A stretch of DNA of 63,955 nt, from IMG/VR virus record IMGVR_UViG_3300048011_000824, positions 1 through 63,955 of that record. One strand, written 5' to 3'. A program made the position numbers and the translations under genes. Source of the DNA: a virus (taxonomy: Duplodnaviria; Caudoviricetes). Below are positions 57,757 to 63,955 of this stretch, piece by piece. The stretch's first letter is position 1. Each line of letters begins with the position of its first letter. Under the pieces are notes generated by a model that saw only the letters and a list, made by a program, of their open reading frames with translations, did no database searches and was not told the origin of the DNA.

Positions 57757-58820
57757 CACCTGAAACAATAGAAGAGCTGCATGTAGAAACAACAAACAAG
57801 TGCAATGCTGCATGTCCTATGTGTGATAGAAACATACATGGAGGACTTGATCGCCCGGGTAGAGGACTTTCTGAATGGACATTAGAAGACATTGATTCAG
57901 TTTTTACTGGACTACCCAATTTAAAATTTGTGTATTTTTGTGGCACACACGGAGAACCGTTGTCTTCTAAATACATCTTTGAAGCAATACAGGCTGCAAA
58001 AAATGTAGGCGCTAAAATAGAAATGTTTACCAACGGCAGTTTAAAAACCGTAGAGTGGTGGAATCGATTGGTGAACATTCTTGATAAAAATGACAGAATA
58101 ACTTTTGGAGTTGATGGAATAGAAACAAATCATTTGTATAGACAAAATACAAACATTGACAGAATATTAGAAAGAATGCAAATATGCTGTGATGGAGAAG
58201 TTAATGTTAGATGGGACTTTTTAGTGTTTAAGCACAATGAACATGAAATGGAAGTGTGCAAACAAAAAGCCCGTCAAATGGGCGTAAGTCATTTTAGATT
58301 TAGACGCACATCGAGATTTGATGTTTTTGATCCTTTTCCAGTGCTTGATAAAGATCTAAATGTTACACATTATCTCGAATCACCAGATAACAAAGAATGG
58401 CAACATCCTGGCACTGCTAAAATGAAAGATATTCTTGTAGAGATTAAACAAATCGGTGACCGCGATATAAATATGACAGGATTTGAATACACAGAAAGAT
58501 CGTTGCCCGAGAACTGGAAAATAAATTGTTTATACCAAGAATCAAAAAAGATTTATGTCAATAATAGATTAGAAGTGTTTCCGTGTTGCTACCTCAGTGA
58601 CGAATTTGAAACATGGAAAACATTGGCAAAAGGGCAGTTGTCTTATCCATTCGGTGAATTGACTTTGAGAGATAAAACATGGAAAGAAGTTTTAGATCAC
58701 AAATATTTTGCAGAAGATTTGGTAAAGTCTTGGCAGCAACAAAATGTGCATCCACGGTGTATACGAACTTGCGGAAAGGTTAGAAGAGAAGCCGAACAAA
58801 ATGTAAACGTTGATATCTAA
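57747..58820 (+). CDS. Radical SAM protein, family C
   Basis: CNAACPMC, CGTHGEP and FGVDG..TNHLYR; C-terminal C...PCC...CIRTC. Confidence 0.9.
   Translation: MYITPETIEELHVETTNKCNAACPMCDRNIHGGLDRPGRGLSEWTLEDIDSVFTGLPNLKFVYFCGTHGEPLSSKYIFEAIQAAKNVGAKIEMFTNGSLKTVEWWNRLVNILDKNDRITFGVDGIETNHLYRQNTNIDRILERMQICCDGEVNVRWDFLVFKHNEHEMEVCKQKARQMGVSHFRFRRTSRFDVFDPFPVLDKDLNVTHYLESPDNKEWQHPGTAKMKDILVEIKQIGDRDINMTGFEYTERSLPENWKINCLYQESKKIYVNNRLEVFPCCYLSDEFETWKTLAKGQLSYPFGELTLRDKTWKEVLDHKYFAEDLVKSWQQQNVHPRCIRTCGKVRREAEQNVNVDI
57761..57832 (+). repeat. 72-bp perfect direct repeat, copy 2
   Basis: Identical to 56086-56157. Confidence 0.9.
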
Positions 58821-59417
58821 TTAAATTTGTGAAACTTCGATGTTTTTGTTACATGAATGCACATCTTTTACAATGATGTTGTTTTTAACAACTTCGGTTC
58901 TTTTGTAATTTAAATTAGGCATTCCTATTCCTAGCATTAATACTGGATCGTCAATTTTATTAAATTTATCAAACATTAATTTAATCAAACTTTCGTGTAC
59001 GAAACATTTACAAAATCCAGTTTTATATCCTAAATTGGCAGCAGCTAATCCTGCTGCTCCGCTACTGATGCCTACTGACATTGCAATATCTCTATCTATA
59101 ATCCTCGGATAGTTTACTTGTTGAAACAGCGGATCTGTTACAGATTTATTACTAGTCCATATTAATAATAATGGAGCATTGACTTGTGAATTTCTATCTA
59201 TAGTACCGTTGTCCGAAGGATTGATGGATATGTTATATACAGCGTTGTTGAATTCGAGATCGGTGCTAACATACAAGTTGTAGTAAGCAAGGTTGTTTTT
59301 TGTAGGCATAGTTGTGCAAACGTTAACTATTTCGTCTATGTGTTCTTGAGGTATATCTGTATATTTCCAGTTACGTTGACAACGTTCTACATCTTGTGCT
59401 AATTCTAACATATTCAT
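58821..59417 (-). CDS. Nitroreductase-family flavoprotein
   Basis: RCQRNW...IP...I..I......PTKNN, APLL, G.....LAA..LGYKTGFC and LMLGIG.P; AGGAG RBS. Confidence 0.7.
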   Translation of the reverse strand: MNMLELAQDVERCQRNWKYTDIPQEHIDEIVNVCTTMPTKNNLAYYNLYVSTDLEFNNAVYNISINPSDNGTIDRNSQVNAPLLLIWTSNKSVTDPLFQQVNYPRIIDRDIAMSVGISSGAAGLAAANLGYKTGFCKCFVHESLIKLMFDKFNKIDDPVLMLGIGMPNLNYKRTEVVKNNIIVKDVHSCNKNIEVSQI

Positions 59418-59434
59418 TTTGTTCTCCTTAATAT

Positions 59435-59469
59435 TATTTAGTTGACTTTTTTTACAAAGGCTATATAAT
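59435..59469. promoter_or_regulatory. Divergent promoters: late-type TAAATA (-) and sigma70-like (+)
   Basis: TAAATA on - at 59440-59435. On +, TTGACT (59442-59447), 16-nt spacer, TATAAT (59464-59469), with ATG 59476 six nt later. Confidence 0.6.
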
Positions 59470-59475
59470 AGCAGT

Positions 59476-60591
59476 ATGAATGAAGATTTAAAATGGAGTA
59501 ATTATGACTTTACCAAGATACCGTTTGACGACATTGTTCAAGTCGGTCAACGTACTCTTCTTTATAGAGATATTTTTACTGTTAGTTGGTTACTTGGTAG
59601 GTTTTGCAATTATCGTTGCAGCTATTGTTGGCCTTATGCAAGATCCGACCGCAAAGACCACAGACCGACTGAACTCTGCTTACGAACAATAGATGAAATA
59701 AAGCGTCAGGCCCGTGATAACGGTTTTAACAGTTTTCACTTTAGCCTCAGTGGAGGCGAGCCTACTTTCCATCCTGGATACTTGGACATACTAAAACATC
59801 TAGCAAACGATGTAGACAACACCAACTATACTAGTGTGCATATGACATCAAACTGCTCACGCAATATGGCATGGTTTGAGCAATATGTAGAAGCAGTGAA
59901 GCCATTTCATCGCGCCAGCATTACAGCAAGTTTGCACACAGAACATTTAGATACCCCTGAAAAGATGCAGGACTTTGCAGACAAGCTGATCTTCTGCCAA
60001 GAGCATGATGTACAAGTAACTATCAACATGGTTATGGTACCAGACTGGTTTGAGCGTGATTGGGACAACGCATTGTTCTTTCATGAACAGGGTATAAACG
60101 TAACGCTGAAGCCTCAAAGCGACCCTACAGCCAGTCGAGTGGTAGATGGGTATACAGCAGACAACCTAAAACGCTTGCACAACGGTATGCCGCAACGTGC
60201 GTACACAGAACACAAGCGCAAATGGGCAGAACGACCTAAGCCTACATTTGAAATTCCTGCAGGAGTTGACGGGAAACTAGACACAAGTATTCCGTGGCAC
60301 ATGCAAGTAGAGTTTGAAGACAAAGACGGCAAAAAATGGTATATGGATCAAGCGGAGAGATTTAATGCATTTAACTTCAATAAATTCAAAGGCTGGAATT
60401 GCAATGCTGGTTATCAGGGCATTATTATTCGTGAGCCTGACGGCAGTGTTAAGCGAAGTTATAGTTGTCATGATGTACCTTTAGGAAACATTGAAACTGG
60501 GTTTAAACTGTTTGGTGCGCCAGCGCCTTGTATTACTGACAGTTGTGTGAGCAGCGCCGATAGCAAAATACCAAAGAGAAAAGAAATATGA
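59476..60591 (+). CDS. Radical SAM protein, family B
   Basis: WLLGRFCNYRCSYC, SGGEPT and SLHTE; C-terminal FKGWNCNAG...SC...PCITDSC. Confidence 0.9.
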   Translation: MNEDLKWSNYDFTKIPFDDIVQVGQRTLLYRDIFTVSWLLGRFCNYRCSYCWPYARSDRKDHRPTELCLRTIDEIKRQARDNGFNSFHFSLSGGEPTFHPGYLDILKHLANDVDNTNYTSVHMTSNCSRNMAWFEQYVEAVKPFHRASITASLHTEHLDTPEKMQDFADKLIFCQEHDVQVTINMVMVPDWFERDWDNALFFHEQGINVTLKPQSDPTASRVVDGYTADNLKRLHNGMPQRAYTEHKRKWAERPKPTFEIPAGVDGKLDTSIPWHMQVEFEDKDGKKWYMDQAERFNAFNFNKFKGWNCNAGYQGIIIREPDGSVKRSYSCHDVPLGNIETGFKLFGAPAPCITDSCVSSADSKIPKRKEI

Positions 60592-61016
60592 AATACTATA
60601 TTACTGGAACACGCAGAGGCTTAGGCAAAGCGTTGGTTAAAAAATATGAGAATTGTAATTCTTTAGAAGATTGTGATATTTTTATTAATTGCAAACACAA
60701 CGGCTTTGAACAGATAGAACTTCTATACAAAGCAGCCGAAATGGGTAAAAAAATAATAAATATTAGTTCCAATTCAGGAGATGGAATAAAGAAAAAACCG
60801 CATATGTATGCAGTTCAAAAAAACGCATTAGACAAAGCAAATGAACAATTATTTTACCAAGGTGTTAACACAACTTGTATAAGATTTGGATATTTTGACA
60901 GTGAACGTGTAGCAAATGTAACTGAACCTAAAATGAATATAGATTATTGTGTTGAACTAATAGACTGGATATTATTGCAGCCTTACAAAATTAAAGAAAT
61001 AACAATCACCCCATAA
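60588..61016 (+). CDS. Minimal short-chain dehydrogenase/reductase-like protein
   Basis: ITGTRRGLGKA, FINC, IINISS and YAVQK; only 142 aa. Confidence 0.65.
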   Translation: MKYYITGTRRGLGKALVKKYENCNSLEDCDIFINCKHNGFEQIELLYKAAEMGKKIINISSNSGDGIKKKPHMYAVQKNALDKANEQLFYQGVNTTCIRFGYFDSERVANVTEPKMNIDYCVELIDWILLQPYKIKEITITP

Positions 61017-61028
61017 GAAAGGATTGTA

Positions 61029-61613
61029 ATGAGCAATTTTAAAATATTAAATGATATACCTATATTTGACTACAAAACTTCGTTGAATGACTTGTTATCA
61101 CAAAATATATTATCTTGGGGAATACACAATCAAATTTGCCTGAATTCTATAAAAGGCAAAGAAGACGACTATCATCTAGGCGCAGCTAGTTTGAATAGAG
61201 ATTGGAATAAAGAAGAAAAAGTTCTCCAACCAAATGGAACTTATAAAACTGTAGTGCCTCTAAGAAAAAATCCGTTAAAGCCTCGAGATTTTACTGAACT
61301 TTGCACTCCTTTTAGAAAAACTGTGTTTGAAGATTTGTGGAACTTTTTAAAATTGAGCTACAATATAGGCAGAATTAGATTTATGAAAAGTTCTTCCAAG
61401 ACCTGTTTATCTTGGCACACTGATATATCTCCGAGATTGCACTTTCCGATAAAAACTCAAGTAGGCTGTTTTATGGTAATCGAGGATGAGGTAAAACACC
61501 TAGACGAAGGAAAATGGTGGTATGCAGAAACAACTAAATTGCATACTGCATTTAATGGAAGTTTTCAAGACAGAATACATTTAGTTGTAGATATTTTACC
61601 AGAAAACACTTGA
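61029..61613 (+). CDS. 2OG-Fe(II) oxygenase, Asp/Asn beta-hydroxylase-like
   Basis: GRIRFM......LSWHTD...RLHFPI.T and HTAFNGS..DRIHLV. Confidence 0.75.
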   Translation: MSNFKILNDIPIFDYKTSLNDLLSQNILSWGIHNQICLNSIKGKEDDYHLGAASLNRDWNKEEKVLQPNGTYKTVVPLRKNPLKPRDFTELCTPFRKTVFEDLWNFLKLSYNIGRIRFMKSSSKTCLSWHTDISPRLHFPIKTQVGCFMVIEDEVKHLDEGKWWYAETTKLHTAFNGSFQDRIHLVVDILPENT

Positions 61614-61638
61614 CACATTAAAAAATTTGTTATATAAT
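61610..61638 (+). promoter_or_regulatory. Consensus sigma70 promoter
   Basis: TTGACA (61610-61615), 17-nt spacer, TATAAT (61633-61638), followed by AAGGAG and the ATG at 61674. Confidence 0.8.
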
Positions 61639-61673
61639 TTTAAGAGTTATATATCAAAGGAGAATAATGTAAC

Positions 61674-62756
61674 ATGAAGAGTATTATTTTTGCAACAGCA
61701 GTTGCTTTATCGGCTTCGTCGGCAACGGCGGATAGCATTAATGTTGTTACATATGGCGGCAGCTGGCTAAAAGCACAAGAAAGAGCTATGTTTGAGCCAT
61801 TTACACAGGCTACAGGAACAGAAATCAATGTTATTCCTAATAGCGAATATGCATTAGGTGCACTAAGAGCACAAGTTGAAAGTGGAAATATAGAATGGGA
61901 TGTAATTAATCTACGGCCGGAAGCAATCACACAAGCATGTGATGAAGGATTGCTTGAAAACTTTAATATAGATGATGTCCTAGCACCTGCCCCAGACGGA
62001 ACACCAGCCAGTGAAGATTTCTTTGCAGACTTTGTAGAACCATGTGGTGCACCGCAAATTCTTTATAGTATCCAATTTGCTTACAACACAGACAAATATG
62101 GCAACAACGGTCCACAAACTGTAGCAGACGTATTTGACGTAGAACGTTTCCCTGGAACACGTGGACTACAAAAACGTGCATACAACAATCTCGAGTGGGC
62201 ACTTATTGCCGACGGTGTTGATAGATCAGTAGTGCGTGATGTGCTTGCTACAGATGAAGGTCTTGATCGTGCATTTGCTATGATGGACAAGATCAAAGAC
62301 AGTATTGTTTGGTGGGATAAAGCAGCTACAGGCATTCAGCAGATTTCAGCAGGAGAAGCAGACATTGCAGCCAACTACAATGGACGTTTTTGGACAGCCA
62401 GCGTAATCGAAGGTCAGCCAATCCAAGTAATTTGGGATCACCAGATCTATACTGTTACTGATTGGGTCGTTGTCAAAGGCCGTATGACAGATGATGTTAA
62501 AGAGTTTTTACGTAGCACAACCTCGCCACAAGCACTTGCAGACATTAGTAAAGTTATCAGCTACGGTCCGGCTCGTCGGAGCAGTGTTGCACTAAACACA
62601 GGCAACTGGATTAATCCAGACAACGGGCAAGACATGACAACGGCGATGCCAACATATGCAAATAATATGGCAACTGCGTTTGGCAGAGACGGTGCATGGT
62701 GGGCAGAACACGGTGAACGTATTAACGAACGCTGGGAGGCATGGCTACTACAGTGA
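61674..62756 (+). CDS. ABC transporter periplasmic substrate-binding protein (PotD/PotF-like spermidine/putrescine family)
   Basis: Sec signal peptide MKSIIFATAVALSASSATA, then VVTYGG...Q....EPF...TG, WDV, C..GLLE, FPG.RGL, LEWAL.ADGV and NGR. Confidence 0.85.
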   Translation: MKSIIFATAVALSASSATADSINVVTYGGSWLKAQERAMFEPFTQATGTEINVIPNSEYALGALRAQVESGNIEWDVINLRPEAITQACDEGLLENFNIDDVLAPAPDGTPASEDFFADFVEPCGAPQILYSIQFAYNTDKYGNNGPQTVADVFDVERFPGTRGLQKRAYNNLEWALIADGVDRSVVRDVLATDEGLDRAFAMMDKIKDSIVWWDKAATGIQQISAGEADIAANYNGRFWTASVIEGQPIQVIWDHQIYTVTDWVVVKGRMTDDVKEFLRSTTSPQALADISKVISYGPARRSSVALNTGNWINPDNGQDMTTAMPTYANNMATAFGRDGAWWAEHGERINERWEAWLLQ

Positions 62757-63205
62757 TTCAAGAAATTGACTACAATATAATTTGGTCAATTTGGAACGAC
62801 AAACTCTGGCCGGGTAGAGAAACTATTCGGCCAGTTTCTTCTATGACATACTACAGGGAAGAAAACTTACAAGTATACAATCTAGAATACAGCAAGCCCG
62901 TATTTTTAGGATTGTATCTCGACAACGATTTAGTTGGTGTTAACAGCGGACACATAGTAAACAGATTTGAATACAGAAGTAGAGGGCTTTGGGTAAGTAA
63001 TCAATATAGAAGACAAGGCATTGGCGCTACGTTGCTTAATGAGACTATTAAATACGCCCGGCAACGAGGTTGTAAATATATTTGGAGTTTTCCTCGAGAA
63101 CAGAGTTTGAGTGTTTATACAAAAGTAGGGTTTGTTAAAGTTAGTGAGTGGATTAATCAAAACGTTGAGTTTGGGCCAAACTGCTATGTGAGGTTAGATT
63201 TATGA
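62741..63205 (+). CDS. GNAT-family acetyltransferase
   Basis: RSRGLWV...YRRQGIG..LL (acetyl-CoA motif A) and Y.KVGF. Confidence 0.85.
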   Translation: MATTVIQEIDYNIIWSIWNDKLWPGRETIRPVSSMTYYREENLQVYNLEYSKPVFLGLYLDNDLVGVNSGHIVNRFEYRSRGLWVSNQYRRQGIGATLLNETIKYARQRGCKYIWSFPREQSLSVYTKVGFVKVSEWINQNVEFGPNCYVRLDL

Positions 63206-63955
63206 TAGAGTTTAGCTACAACAATCATATAAAATACGGGTATGACAAAGTATACGATTATCAGTTTCGATCGTCTTCTGATCAAACATATTCCTTGCAG
63301 TTTTCAAAAGCCAAACACACAGTGTTGTCATACAAAGACGAATGCATTAGAACTGCACACCTTATAAAAGAACGTGCTGGAAATCAACCGATCTGGATAA
63401 GCTACAGTGGTGGTATTGACAGTGAATGTGTGATTAGGTCGTTTATGGAAGCCGGTATACCTTTTAATGTAGCAACAACAAAGTTCAAGGGCGAACTAAA
63501 CGAATATGATTTGTATTTTGCTAGAAAGTTTTGTAGAGAAAACAATATCAGGCTGCATGAAATACAAATCGACATCGAAAAGTTTCTAGAAAATGATCTT
63601 GAAACGTATGCATATGCACTAAACTGTAATAGTCCTATATTTCCAAGTCATTTGAAACTGTGGGATCAGTTAGACGGTTACATAGTAGCAGGACACGGCG
63701 ATCCTATTTTTAGAAGAATAGAGTCTACTAATGATTGGTATTTTCAAGTTAAAGAAAATGAAGACACTGTGTACAGATACTTTAAGTGGCGCAACAGAGA
63801 TGGAGCCCCTGGCTTTTATGCGTACACTCCTGAAATACTATTGAGTTTTATGTATACTCCTGAATTTACTAGACTGATGACATTTGGTCATAGAGGAAAA
63901 GTAATGGGCATAACCGGTACAAAAGAAAACATTCTCAAGCGTTCATTTGGCATAG
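63202..63955 (+). CDS. PP-loop (N-type ATP pyrophosphatase) protein, 3'-truncated; absent from supplied ORF track
   Basis: ATG 63202 overlaps the GNAT stop (ATGA). Manual translation MIEFSYNNHIKYGY...IWISYSGGIDSECV...D...A..FC...VAGHGDP stays open to the window end. Confidence 0.75.
   Translation, partial: MIEFSYNNHIKYGYDKVYDYQFRSSSDQTYSLQFSKAKHTVLSYKDECIRTAHLIKERAGNQPIWISYSGGIDSECVIRSFMEAGIPFNVATTKFKGELNEYDLYFARKFCRENNIRLHEIQIDIEKFLENDLETYAYALNCNSPIFPSHLKLWDQLDGYIVAGHGDPIFRRIESTNDWYFQVKENEDTVYRYFKWRNRDGAPGFYAYTPEILLSFMYTPEFTRLMTFGHRGKVMGITGTKENILKRSFGI

Noticed and set aside
11494-60591. Assigning rSAMs as MoaA, anaerobic sulfatase maturase, PqqE, NrdG or viperin
   Set aside because: Only generic motifs match. 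No cognate partners (moaC, sulfatase, pqqA/D, nrdD) or MoaA C-terminal GG were seen.
776-63160. The many 60-220 aa antisense or alternate-frame ORFs in the track (e.g. 1237-1905, 23889-24413, 41497-41865)
   Set aside because: They lie wholly inside longer motif-bearing genes, lack an RBS or motifs, and are typical shadow ORFs.
8332-63955. Classical RiPP or NRPS/PKS biosynthetic cluster of a bacterial chromosome
   Set aside because: There is no clear leader-core precursor, RRE, peptidase, exporter, carrier protein or regulator. Contiguous phage tail genes, T4-like late motifs and tight gene packing indicate a phage.
1-63955. Eukaryotic giant virus (NCLDV) origin
   Set aside because: Shine-Dalgarno sites, sigma70 promoters, coupled operons and tail-collar fibres point to a bacteriophage.
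1-63955. tRNA, rRNA, CRISPR array, integrase/transposase, intron/intein or diversity-generating retroelement
   Set aside because: Intergenic gaps are under ~60 bp, and no spaced repeats, reverse transcriptase, recombinase or splicing motifs were seen. The single 72-bp repeat is explained by gene duplication.
1-63955. Alternative genetic code (stop-codon reassignment) as in some large phages
   Set aside because: Standard code 11 gives near-complete coding coverage, and TAA, TAG and TGA all end genes at sensible coupled junctions.

Overview
This is an AT-rich, very densely coding fragment of a large tailed (T4-like/jumbo-type) dsDNA phage genome. Positions 1-7.9 kb hold virion genes: three tail-fibre/baseplate proteins with a shared N-terminal module and two paralogous S/T/G-rich structural proteins. 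From about 8.3 kb to the end lies a ~55 kb modification-enzyme island. It encodes 22 intact radical SAM proteins in three recurring paralog families plus one B12-dependent member, and one Cys-free rSAM remnant. It also encodes seven glycosyltransferase-like genes, an NDP-sugar dehydratase, a truncated DegT aminotransferase, an amidinotransferase, three SGNH-like proteins, two methyltransferase-like proteins, four 2OG-Fe(II) oxygenases, two QueC-like proteins plus a third PP-loop ATPase, a flavin-dependent halogenase, an adenylating enzyme, two kinase-fold proteins, two mini-SDRs, a nitroreductase, a GNAT and a polyamine-type ABC substrate-binding protein. The island is arranged as short operons on alternating strands. 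These start at back-to-back TAAATA/TAAGTA (T4 late-like) motifs or near-consensus sigma70 promoters, often too close to the start codon for a leader. The leading hypothesis (inference) is a phage-encoded, late-expressed glycosylation and radical-chemistry hypermodification system acting on virion proteins or a glycan. No tRNA, rRNA, CRISPR array or mobile element was seen. All functional calls come from motif recognition by eye, not database searches.
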